Source: a virus
Lineage: Duplodnaviria > Caudoviricetes
DNA: 52,640 bases
Reading direction: 5' to 3' (one strand)
Virus record (IMG/VR): IMGVR_UViG_3300048026_001019
Coordinates: 1 to 52,640 of that record
Below the pieces are notes generated by a model that made no database searches, was not told where the DNA came from, and was given only the letters and a program-made list of their open reading frames with translations. Below, in pieces: positions 37,679 to 46,028 of the stretch. The translations under genes were made by a program, and so were the position numbers. Numbering within the stretch: the first letter of the stretch is position 1; every line of letters begins with the position of its first letter.

Positions 37679-37736
37679 TATATTCTCCTATGTGTCTGTG
37701 TGTACGCTATTAATATAGCATAGTATTTAGCACATG

Positions 37737-37925
37737 TCAAGTGTATTTTCCTGAAAGACGGTCCTCTATATATCCTGCAACTGTTACTAATTTCTGTATT
37801 TCTGCAACATCTGGATGTTCTTCTTTAGCCAAATCTTCAATTAGTTCTGCTATTCCTTTTCTTTCTGATTCTAATAATTCTTCAACTGTCCATATTTGTG
37901 GATCATCAAATTCTACCTTAGCCAC
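37737..37925 (-). CDS. Hypothetical protein
   Basis: GTG start behind GAGG. Confidence 0.6.
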   Translation of the reverse strand: MAKVEFDDPQIWTVEELLESERKGIAELIEDLAKEEHPDVAEIQKLVTVAGYIEDRLSGKYT

Positions 37926-38353
37926 GCAATCCTCTCCTTTGATTCTACTCTGCGATTGTACTCGTTAACCGACCCCGGATACCTCCAAGACCATATTGCT
38001 ACGCCTAACATAAAAATGCCTGAGTAAAGAACTGCCTTGATATTGCCTGTAGTAAACCATGTAAATGCTAATGTACTTGACATTACAATTATCATAGCAT
38101 ATTTTGCCCATGTTGGAAAAACTTTCTTTGTGGTCCAATTTGTTAGGAACTCTCCAAACCATGGATGGTTGTATAACCATGCATGCATCCGTGGAGAACT
38201 CTTAGCAAATGCCCAAGCAGCCATTACTAGAAAAATACTAAATGGTATTCCTGGAGTAACGAAACCGATGTAGGCCATTCCTACACAAAAGAATCCAAAC
38301 CCTTGATAAAGATATTTTTTAATTAAGTCCATGTTGTTCCTTTCTGCGATCAC
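37913..38353 (-). CDS. YbaN/DUF454 inner-membrane protein
   Basis: G..TPGIP...F...AAWAFAKSSPRMHAWL.NHPWFG. Confidence 0.85.
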   Translation of the reverse strand: MIAERNNMDLIKKYLYQGFGFFCVGMAYIGFVTPGIPFSIFLVMAAWAFAKSSPRMHAWLYNHPWFGEFLTNWTTKKVFPTWAKYAMIIVMSSTLAFTWFTTGNIKAVLYSGIFMLGVAIWSWRYPGSVNEYNRRVESKERIAWLR

Positions 38354-39543
38354 TTTATAACCTTAACCAATGCGTCTACTAAATCGCTCATCATAGCGTC
38401 AGTGTGCAAAGGAGTTGGTGCGATCCTTAACCTTTCTGTTCCTTCTGGAACAGTTGGGTAGTTAATGGGTTGTATATAAATCCCATATTCATTAAGCAAC
38501 TCGTCACTAATTTCTTTGCAACGCTTTGCATCTCTTATCATTACAGGAACTATGTGTGTGCTTGCAACATCTAGCACTTCTATGTCAACTTCTGCTAACA
38601 TAGACTTTAACTTAGATGCACGTTCTTGATGTTGAACACGCAACTCATTATGATCCTTTAAATATTTAATTGAAGCTAAGGCACCAGCACAAATCACAGG
38701 ACTCATGCTGGTAGTGAATATAAATCCACTAGCTACTGATCTGATTGCGTCTATGACAATCCCTTCACCAGCTATGTAACCGCCTTGTACTCCAAACGCT
38801 TTGCCTAAAGTTCCGTTGACTATATCAACTACACCTTCTTGTCCGACTTCTTCTAGCTTACCGGCCCCTGATTCCCCGTACAAGCCTACAGCATGTACTT
38901 CGTCTAGATATGTTATGGCCCTATACTTTTCGGCTAGCTCGCAAACACCTTTAATTGGACTTACGTCACCATCCATGCTATACACAGATTCAAATACAAT
39001 ACATGGTATCATATCGTTAGCTACGCAATCTTGCAATTTTTCTTCTAAGTCGCTCAGATCATTGTGCTTCCATCTTGCCTTAGGAGCACCACTATGTCTT
39101 ATACCTTCTATCAGGCTGGCATGGTTCATGTCGTCACTTAAAAACATAATGTTGGGAATGATTTTGCTTAGAGCAACCAGTGTCCACTCATTGGCAACAT
39201 ATGCACTTGTATACAATAAAGCACTTGAAGTACCATGCAATTTTGCAAGCTCATGCTCTAGTGCTACATGGTAGTGCGAAGTACCGCCAATGTTTCGCGT
39301 ACCACCTGATCCACTTCCTGTTTGATCTAAGGCAGTATGCATTGCATCAATGACGACTTTATTCTGACCCATACCGAGGTAATCATTACTACACCAGTTT
39401 ACAATATTTTTTATTGCATAAGGCCCGTACCAAATTGATTTAGGAAAGTCACCGCGTTCACGAAGTATATCGTTAAACACTCTGTACCTACCTTGCTGTT
39501 TTAGGTCCCGTAGAACCTGTTCAAATGGATCCTTGTCTATCAT
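38350..39543 (-). CDS. hemA: 5-aminolevulinate synthase
   Basis: WCSNDYLGM, GSGGTRNIGGT, NHAS, FESVYSMDG, DEVHAVGLYG, GTLGKAFG, FIFTTS, INYPTV..ERLR. Confidence 0.95.
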   Translation of the reverse strand: MIDKDPFEQVLRDLKQQGRYRVFNDILRERGDFPKSIWYGPYAIKNIVNWCSNDYLGMGQNKVVIDAMHTALDQTGSGSGGTRNIGGTSHYHVALEHELAKLHGTSSALLYTSAYVANEWTLVALSKIIPNIMFLSDDMNHASLIEGIRHSGAPKARWKHNDLSDLEEKLQDCVANDMIPCIVFESVYSMDGDVSPIKGVCELAEKYRAITYLDEVHAVGLYGESGAGKLEEVGQEGVVDIVNGTLGKAFGVQGGYIAGEGIVIDAIRSVASGFIFTTSMSPVICAGALASIKYLKDHNELRVQHQERASKLKSMLAEVDIEVLDVASTHIVPVMIRDAKRCKEISDELLNEYGIYIQPINYPTVPEGTERLRIAPTPLHTDAMMSDLVDALVKVIK

Positions 39544-39582
39544 CAGTGTATTTAAGGTAAATATTAATGTAGGAGTATTATT

Positions 39583-40050
39583 GTGGCAACAGAATGTTTA
39601 GTAGTATGTGATGCATGGAAGGAACCTTTACCTCATGATGCTCAAGACTTCCCTCATCTTGCAGATGAAACAAAAGCGTTTGGCGTTTATCTAAATCAAA
39701 CACTTAAATTAATAAGATCCCGTTTTGATATTATTCATGTTGCAGATGGACGTGAAATAATGGAGGAGATGGATACAACACAAGATAAAATATTCCCTTT
39801 CATACAAGATATACCAACCCACTATGACAAATATTACTTGTGTGGATTTCATTTAGGAAGATGTACCCACGGAAAAGCAATGACTCTTGCAAAATTAGTA
39901 ACACATAATCAGATTGGTATTGTGTTTAATTTAAGTTTATTATTTCCTTGTGATGACTACAACAAAATGCGTGAACGTGACTGGTTTACTTTATACAATT
40001 ACGTACATGGTCTACAAGATTTTACAACAGATTGTGCTCCTAAAAAATGA
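39583..40050 (+). CDS. Hypothetical protein, weakly isochorismatase-like
   Basis: LVVCDAW and CGFHLGRC. Confidence 0.55.
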   Translation: MATECLVVCDAWKEPLPHDAQDFPHLADETKAFGVYLNQTLKLIRSRFDIIHVADGREIMEEMDTTQDKIFPFIQDIPTHYDKYYLCGFHLGRCTHGKAMTLAKLVTHNQIGIVFNLSLLFPCDDYNKMRERDWFTLYNYVHGLQDFTTDCAPKK

Positions 40051-40229
40051 TAGAACAATGGACACCTATTTCACTTTTAATTTTTGTATCAGTTCTTGTA
40101 ATCCTTGTCTATGGAGTAGGATTGTGGGCAGGCACTGTACTTAAAGATCAAATTGAAAAAGATAAAATAAAAGACGCACAGCGAGCCGCTGAGGAAAAGA
40201 AAAACGCTAAGCCTGTACGAAGAAGATAA
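40047..40229 (+). CDS. Small single-TM protein
   Basis: Hydrophobic N-terminal half, basic tail. Confidence 0.6.
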   Translation: MIEQWTPISLLIFVSVLVILVYGVGLWAGTVLKDQIEKDKIKDAQRAAEEKKNAKPVRRR

Positions 40230-40306
40230 ATAAACAGATGAAGAAATAGGCTCAATTTTTTTTGAGCAAATTTTTTTTAGGTTGAATTTACTAAAAGGAA
40301 AAGAAA

Positions 40307-41137
40307 ATGACGCAACTAATATCGCCGAAGAAGTTTACAAACACCGTTGACCTTTTAAGGTCATTTTTTTTGGACAAAGGATTTTTAGAAGTCCATACGC
40401 AGAATAGGCTTAGTATACTAGCCGCATGCGAAGATCCATTTAATGTAGCAACATATAATTACGCAGGCCAAGTTTGGCCATTGCCGCAAACAGGCCAGAT
40501 GTGGCTAGAACATGAATTATTAAGTAGCCCCGATAGTAAGGGGTTTTTTTGTGTCTCCACTTCCTATAGACAAGAACCAAACGCTATTCCGGGTAGACAC
40601 GATATAATATTTCCAATGTTTGAATTTGAAATGCCAGGTAGTGTTGATGATCTTAAAGCAATGGAGTATGAACTATGTGAGTACTTGGGCTTTGATGCAC
40701 TAACAGAAAAAACATATAGAGAATGGCAACAGCATTGGGGTATAAGTGCAGACACTGAAATGGATGCAAGTCACGAACTAGCAATGGAGATGAACTTTGG
40801 TAGTTGTTTGATTACAAACTTTCCAGAGCTAACATCACCTTTCTGGAACATGGCTAGAAACGATGATGGCAATACAGCAAAGAAAATGGATGTTATACTA
40901 GGCGGTATGGAAACTATTGGATCAGCAGAACGCTCATGCGATGTTGATATGATGCGTGATACATTCCATAGTATTGTAGATGGAGAGTATAGCGAATTAC
41001 TATACAAACTATTTGGCAAAGAACGTGTAGAAGCAGAGCTTGAAAAGTTTTTAGAGTTTGACTTTTTTCAAAGAGTAGGCGGAGGTATTGGTATTACACG
41101 TATGATACCTGCACTAGAAAAGATCAACAAGATATAA
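40307..41137 (+). CDS. Class IIb aaRS-like catalytic core (AsnRS/AspRS-related) lacking the anticodon-binding domain
   Basis: Motif 1 FFLDKGFLEVHT, LPQTGQ, motif 2 SYRQE..RH..FPMFEFE, ETIGSAER, motif 3 GGGIGITR; 276 aa, beginning just before motif 1. Confidence 0.88.
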   Translation: MTQLISPKKFTNTVDLLRSFFLDKGFLEVHTQNRLSILAACEDPFNVATYNYAGQVWPLPQTGQMWLEHELLSSPDSKGFFCVSTSYRQEPNAIPGRHDIIFPMFEFEMPGSVDDLKAMEYELCEYLGFDALTEKTYREWQQHWGISADTEMDASHELAMEMNFGSCLITNFPELTSPFWNMARNDDGNTAKKMDVILGGMETIGSAERSCDVDMMRDTFHSIVDGEYSELLYKLFGKERVEAELEKFLEFDFFQRVGGGIGITRMIPALEKINKI

Positions 41138-41143
41138 GAATGA

Positions 41144-41243
41144 TCTGGGGTGGTGAAATGGTAGACACGCACGGCTGTTAACCGTGTGGTAAGTAACTCG
41201 CAAAGTATTTACCGTGGAGGTTCGAGTCCTTCCCCCAGAGCCA
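41144..41243 (+). tRNA. Atypical 100-nt tRNA-Asn(GTT) with long variable arm
   Basis: Acceptor TCTGGGG/CCCCAGA, G73, CCA; D arm GTG-AAATGGTAGA-CAC; anticodon arm CACGG-CTGTTAA-CCGTG; V arm GGTAAGTA..TATTTACC; T arm GGAGG-TTCGAGT-CCTTC. Confidence 0.9.
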
Positions 41244-41256
41244 ACTAAATACTATA

Positions 41257-41300
41257 CGTTCATCCCATAAAGGGACGGAAGTAGCACTAGCGAAGGAACG
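41257..41300 (+). promoter_or_regulatory. Glutamine riboswitch aptamer (glnA / glutamine-I type)
   Basis: CGTTC-ATCCC-ATAAA-GGGAC-GGAAGTA-GC-ACTA-GC-GAAG-GAACG: P1, P2, E-loop AGUA/GAA and a short P3. Confidence 0.8.
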
Positions 41301-41326
41301 CACTTTAACCGCAAGGGAGAGGTGTT

Positions 41327-41413
41327 ATGAATACTTACATGCTCTGGTGCTTTAAACGTGCCATCCGCAAAATGCATGAGAACAGAATAAACTTTATATT
41401 ATCTAAACGTTAA
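41327..41413 (+). CDS. 28-aa basic peptide downstream of the glutamine riboswitch
   Basis: GGAGAGG RBS; MNTYMLWCFKRAIRKMHENRINFILSKR*. Confidence 0.6.
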   Translation: MNTYMLWCFKRAIRKMHENRINFILSKR

Positions 41414-41751
41414 CTAAAATCCATGCGCCATGGTAACATGGTATAGCCTAGTGGTGCTAGGAAGTATTGTTCGAAGCAGTACAAAAGAACTACTGCAAAT
41501 ATAGTCCTAGCCCACCAAGGCAATTTTTTTAATTGATTTATTAAGGGTGTTAGTACCCATTCCCAAAAGCCTGCTACTTTACCCCAGAACCAATCACCTA
41601 TATTAAATGGCGGCGTCTTCCATAGTACTACAGGAATTAGCAACCACCATACCCATACTGGATAGCTATCATCTGCTGCATCAAAATAGATTGCTAAAGC
41701 AATCATTCCTAATAGGTATAATCCTATGTATTTCTTTAGGTGTTCTATCAT
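41410..41751 (-). CDS. Trp-rich membrane protein
   Basis: Several hydrophobic segments. Confidence 0.65.
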   Translation of the reverse strand: MIEHLKKYIGLYLLGMIALAIYFDAADDSYPVWVWWLLIPVVLWKTPPFNIGDWFWGKVAGFWEWVLTPLINQLKKLPWWARTIFAVVLLYCFEQYFLAPLGYTMLPWRMDFS

Positions 41752-42020
41752 ATAGTAATTCCTCTATCTCCTTCACCTTTTATTTCTTTAAGTTCTTCAA
41801 ACAACTTTTGAGGAATACAGTTAACACCTCTAATAGGTCCTGGTAGTGTTCCTTTGTACGCTTCTACAAGTTTCATTGTATAACTCTCTACACTTTTTTT
41901 ATCTGTTAGTGTAAACCTACACTGTGCTTCTGTTTCAAATGTTGGTTTAGTAAACACATACATTGGCTGAGATCCGTCTGCGTTCAAAGCAGCAAAAAAT
42001 ATTATCACATACCACATCAC
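41748..42020 (-). CDS. Small protein with hydrophobic N-terminus and two Cys
   Basis: FETEAQC...NCIP. Confidence 0.65.
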   Translation of the reverse strand: MMWYVIIFFAALNADGSQPMYVFTKPTFETEAQCRFTLTDKKSVESYTMKLVEAYKGTLPGPIRGVNCIPQKLFEELKEIKGEGDRGITI

Positions 42021-42355
42021 TCATAACTTTCGCCAGTTTCACGAAAGAAGTTTTCACTCCAAAACGCTTTGTCATCTATCCAAATATCGTAGTTCTCTTT
42101 TTCACCTACGCTTAGTTCATGGAACTTTGCACCCCATTTTACTAATTGGTTATTTGTTAGATTGTAATAGTCTACTCCACTAACACAACCTCTAGCTGTC
42201 ATATATTTAATTGTGTGTCCTGCGTCAAATAGTGCATTTACTTTTGCAATACGATCTGGCATTGGTATATGATTAGCATAGTCTTTTTTGCCACCGCTGT
42301 CAGGTATAATTACTTCTTTACAGATGGTGCCATCAATATCAATTACGTACTTCAA
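42017..42355 (-). CDS. Small HAD-superfamily phosphatase
   Basis: IDIDGTIC, YMTARG, WIDDKA. Confidence 0.85.
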   Translation of the reverse strand: MKYVIDIDGTICKEVIIPDSGGKKDYANHIPMPDRIAKVNALFDAGHTIKYMTARGCVSGVDYYNLTNNQLVKWGAKFHELSVGEKENYDIWIDDKAFWSENFFRETGESYE

Positions 42356-43536
42356 TTCAATAATCCTTCCAAAGTTTGTAGTACTTGCTCACTGTTATCA
42401 GCTCTTCCTGTAACAATAGCATCTTTAACACATTGTCTAGTAAACTCTAACGGAAACCTTGCTCCGTCTTTGTCCATACCTGTGTTAACTAGATAGACAT
42501 TAGCTTTATGTGTGTCTATTTTATCCATTAATAAATCGCTATATTCAGAAACTGCCCTAGGCATAAAGGGCGAACCATAGCAAGGACTAAACAAAGGTTT
42601 GATTTCGTTTGTTCCTGCTTCTGTTCCTGGCATTTGACTAGTGTATCCTGTTTCAAAAAACCTACGCACTGTGTTGCCGCTTATTTTACTAATAGGTGGA
42701 AACATGCCTTTGGCATCCATTGTTAAAAAGAAAATGTTAGTAGGGTGATCAAAATCTGTTGTGTCATATGCATTTTCAACAAGGTTTAAAGGATAACTTA
42801 GCCTAGCATTAGCGGCGCCTGGGTTTTCTTCAACCAAACAATTGTTTGACCTTGCTAGCTCTACTGCATTAAAAATAGTTGGATGTGTTTCAGGTGTTAG
42901 CCCTTCGCTCTTAGCATAACACCCTGTTTCTATCATATTAACGCCTTCGTAGTTCCATGCTATTTCGTCATCACCAATTAGTTTGTAATCAGGATCGCTA
43001 GACAATGTAGTTTTACCAGTGCCACTAAGACCAAACATAAGATTAGTACTGTCCTTGTAAGTAAATGCACTACAATGCATAGGAAGTACTTTATGTTCTG
43101 GTAATTCAAAACTTACAATACCAAACACGCCTTTCTTAATTTCTCCTAAGAACGTAGTGCCTGCAATTAGCATTACATGTTCGTCTAGATGTACGTGTAT
43201 TTTAGGCTTTGACATTTCAATGTCTGTGTTATGTAGTATTGTCCAGTCAGCTGTATATTGTAATGGGTTATCAACCACAGGAAACATATTGCGTACAAAT
43301 TGTGCATGCCTGTCGTCATTTGTTTCTACTCTAAAACAAAGGCCGCAAGTATAAAACACAAGATTATGATTGTATTCTAATTCATACATATCGTTATGGA
43401 AGTCTTTAAAGTCTTGCTCATTACCAATCTTATTATACTTAGGCCTAGTAAGATCTAATGCTTCAGTACGATGTCCAAAAAAGTATTTGTTCTCCGGACT
43501 TCTACCTGTCGGGTGTGTCGTTATATTAATATTCAT
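42352..43536 (-). CDS. pckA: ATP-dependent phosphoenolpyruvate carboxykinase, compact form
   Basis: TGRSP, GEIKKG, LPMHCSA, FGLSGTGKTTLS, IGDDE, GCYAK, FSPCYGSPF, YLVNTG. Confidence 0.92.
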   Translation of the reverse strand: MNINITTHPTGRSPENKYFFGHRTEALDLTRPKYNKIGNEQDFKDFHNDMYELEYNHNLVFYTCGLCFRVETNDDRHAQFVRNMFPVVDNPLQYTADWTILHNTDIEMSKPKIHVHLDEHVMLIAGTTFLGEIKKGVFGIVSFELPEHKVLPMHCSAFTYKDSTNLMFGLSGTGKTTLSSDPDYKLIGDDEIAWNYEGVNMIETGCYAKSEGLTPETHPTIFNAVELARSNNCLVEENPGAANARLSYPLNLVENAYDTTDFDHPTNIFFLTMDAKGMFPPISKISGNTVRRFFETGYTSQMPGTEAGTNEIKPLFSPCYGSPFMPRAVSEYSDLLMDKIDTHKANVYLVNTGMDKDGARFPLEFTRQCVKDAIVTGRADNSEQVLQTLEGLLN

Positions 43537-44497
43537 TTATTAATCCTATATGAGAAGCTGTATCGGCCATTCTATTACTGAATGCCCATTCGTTGTCGTA
43601 CCAGCATAATACTCTAACTAACTTCCCACAAACAAGTGTACTGTCGGCTGCAAAGATACAACTTTCGTTTGTAGTATTAAAGTCCATGCTTACTAATGGT
43701 CTAGTTTCAAAACCAATAATTCCTTTCATTTCATTTTCGCTTGCTGTTTTTACAATATCATTTACTGTATCAACATCAACATCTGCTTCGCTATAAAAGT
43801 GTAAGTCAATACAACTTACATTCGGTGTAGGTACTCTTATAGCACTTCCAATAATTTTCCCTTCCATTTCAGGTAGTACCGACTTAAGAGCCTTAGCGGC
43901 TCCTGTTGTAGTTGGTATCATACTCATTGCGGCCGCCCTAGCACGATATAAATCATCATGCCTCCTATCGATTGTAGCTTGGTCGCCTGTGTAGCTATGA
44001 ATTGTAGTCATTGAACCACGTATGATTCCTAAACTATCATTTAAAACTTTTACAATTGGGGCAAGGCAGTTTGTTGTGCAACTTGCACTACTAATGATAC
44101 TATCTTTTACTGATATATCATTATGATTAACACCATAAACAACTGTACGGTCTACATTCTTTCCCGGCGAACTTATGAGAACAGTCTTTGCACCGTTTTG
44201 AAGATGTACACTAGATTGATTCCCATCTCTAAACTGCCCTGTGCATTCTAACAAAACATCAACACCTTTCCAATTTAATAGATTAATATCCCTTGTGTGT
44301 GAGTATGTTGTAGTGTCTTTTAGTTTGCCCTTCCATCTGCCATGCACACTATCAAAATTTAACAAATGATTGTTTACATGTTCATCGCCTGTGGCGTTTA
44401 TTCTAACTAGTTCAAGGTCGTCTCTTTCGTCTGTGATGATTCGGGCTAGGCAACGACCTATCCTTCCAAAACCATTTATTCCAACTTTTGTTGTCAC
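43526..44497 (-). CDS. gap: Glyceraldehyde-3-phosphate dehydrogenase, type I
   Basis: GINGFGRIGR, ASCTTNCLAP, TTIHSYT, TTGAAKA, RVPT, WYDNE. Confidence 0.93.
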   Translation of the reverse strand: MTTKVGINGFGRIGRCLARIITDERDDLELVRINATGDEHVNNHLLNFDSVHGRWKGKLKDTTTYSHTRDINLLNWKGVDVLLECTGQFRDGNQSSVHLQNGAKTVLISSPGKNVDRTVVYGVNHNDISVKDSIISSASCTTNCLAPIVKVLNDSLGIIRGSMTTIHSYTGDQATIDRRHDDLYRARAAAMSMIPTTTGAAKALKSVLPEMEGKIIGSAIRVPTPNVSCIDLHFYSEADVDVDTVNDIVKTASENEMKGIIGFETRPLVSMDFNTTNESCIFAADSTLVCGKLVRVLCWYDNEWAFSNRMADTASHIGLINEY

Positions 44498-45292
44498 TTA
44501 TGTACTCGCTTCTGTTATATCCTTTATGTTCATGCTCAGAGTCATATCAAATTCTACATCTGTTTGATGATGAAACAAACCTTCACTTAGGGCTCTACTA
44601 AAACTTGCAGTCATATTATCATTTTGTGCAAGTCGACGACATGCTTCCTCAGTAGAGTATCCTCCACTTAGACCAACAACTGCATGTACACTTTTATGTC
44701 CTATAAGGTCTTTATACATATTTGGTTGTTCAGGTAGCGTTAATTTAAGAATACATTTACCATCAAATTCATCTAAACGTTTCTTAAGTCCGTGTAGCAA
44801 GGCTATCTCTAGTCCTTGCTTGTGTTCATGTTCTATTGGAACTTCAGGCTCTACTATTGGCATAAGTTCCCATGCATGTATTTTTTTAGCTAGCTCAAAC
44901 TGCTGATCCAATACACTGTCTACTATTTCTTGAGTCTTAACAATACTACGCATCTTAGTACCTACACAGCCTTTGGCAACTGCATATGTAAGTATTTCAT
45001 TAGTATCAAAGTCTTTAAGTGTACCGTCATCTGCACAGCCACTGTCTATTTTTAGATAAGGGTGAATACCTTTTTGTCTAAGAATAGGAACCATACCTCT
45101 ATCAACTGTGTCACGATACAAAATAGCCGCCCATATACTATCATTATTAAAGTCTGGAGAGCTTACCATACGCAAACGCATATCATGTACTTTATCCATT
45201 TTATCTTCTTCAGTATACGCTTGTCCGTATCGTTCTAGTACTCCTCCTGTTGAACCACCACTGTGATCCATTGCGGCTATAAATCTACTCAT
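44498..45292 (-). CDS. Class I fructose-bisphosphate aldolase
   Basis: FIAAMDHSGGST, LKIDSG, GTKMRS, PIVEPEV, LKLTLP, LSGGYS, SFSRAL; ATGA-coupled start at 45292. Confidence 0.9.
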   Translation of the reverse strand: MSRFIAAMDHSGGSTGGVLERYGQAYTEEDKMDKVHDMRLRMVSSPDFNNDSIWAAILYRDTVDRGMVPILRQKGIHPYLKIDSGCADDGTLKDFDTNEILTYAVAKGCVGTKMRSIVKTQEIVDSVLDQQFELAKKIHAWELMPIVEPEVPIEHEHKQGLEIALLHGLKKRLDEFDGKCILKLTLPEQPNMYKDLIGHKSVHAVVGLSGGYSTEEACRRLAQNDNMTASFSRALSEGLFHHQTDVEFDMTLSMNIKDITEAST

Positions 45293-45798
45293 ATATAAGT
45301 TCTCCATGCTTCATGTTTAATTGGCATATCTAATTGTTTTCTTTTTGCAACTAGATCATAATAAGTTGGGGTGTATGGTTTATTTTTAGGCTTCATACGT
45401 GTTTTATTACCTTTGAGGGTATTACATGGACTACAAGCGGCAACCATATTATCCCATTTAGTTTTACCGCCTAGGCTCAACGGAATGACATGGTCCATGG
45501 TTAGTTCTTTTCTTGTGTGGGTAGTGTTGCAGTATTGGCAAGTGTATAAGTCGCGGATGTAAAGATTAGTTTTTGAGAATCTTGGACGGCCACGCCGTCG
45601 TTGCATTTCTTTCAGCATAACTACCGCAGGAACTTTTGTTTCCCAACTAGGACTGCTTACCATCCAATCATCGTACCAATCAAGTACAACTACCTTGTCC
45701 ATCCATACATAAGTAATTGCTTCTTTCCAATTGATAACTGAAAGGGGAATGTAACTAGTAGGCTGTGCGTCTGCGTTTAATAATAGTACATCACTCAT
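45289..45798 (-). CDS. HNH endonuclease
   Basis: VLLLNAD, RD.YTCQYC, TMDHVIP..GG...W.N...C..CN..K. Confidence 0.9.
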   Translation of the reverse strand: MSDVLLLNADAQPTSYIPLSVINWKEAITYVWMDKVVVLDWYDDWMVSSPSWETKVPAVVMLKEMQRRRGRPRFSKTNLYIRDLYTCQYCNTTHTRKELTMDHVIPLSLGGKTKWDNMVAACSPCNTLKGNKTRMKPKNKPYTPTYYDLVAKRKQLDMPIKHEAWRTYI

Positions 45799-45799
45799 T

Positions 45800-45976
45800 T
45801 CAAACCATAATATCTAATTTATTACCAAGATGCCAAGCACCGTTGTGAACACGCTGATGCTCTCTAAAATCTTTTATTGCTTGTTCTGTTGTTTTTGGAA
45901 GTGTATGCTCGTGAAGCTTTGTTAGACTAAGTGTCTCTGCCACATAATTGTGAATAGAAATTGGGCTTATAGACAT
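45800..45976 (-). CDS. 58-aa hypothetical protein (not in ORF track)
   Basis: GGAG RBS; MSISPISIHNY...HLGNKLDIMV*. Confidence 0.6.
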   Translation of the reverse strand: MSISPISIHNYVAETLSLTKLHEHTLPKTTEQAIKDFREHQRVHNGAWHLGNKLDIMV

Positions 45977-46028
45977 GTACTACTCCCTGTGTCTTCTATT
46001 TATATTAGTGTATGTTGTTTGCGTTAAC

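Noticed and set aside
40250-40278. Poly-T tracts before the synthetase-like gene as a phase-variation or T-box element
   Set aside because: Fits a simple GCTCAA/TTGAGC hairpin plus U tract (terminator-like); too short for a T-box and no T-box consensus
40307-41137. EpmA (PoxA) assignment for the truncated synthetase
   Set aside because: Lacks the EpmA/LysRS-type L.TSPE and ELANG..EL motifs; QTGQ and ETIGSAER are closer to AsnRS/AspRS, and the neighbouring tRNA is Asn
41197-41215. Extra tRNA sequence as an intron, or the RNA as tRNA-Sec/allo-tRNA
   Set aside because: The insertion sits exactly in the variable region and is far too short for a self-splicing intron; the acceptor/T stems are canonical 7/5 and the anticodon is GTT
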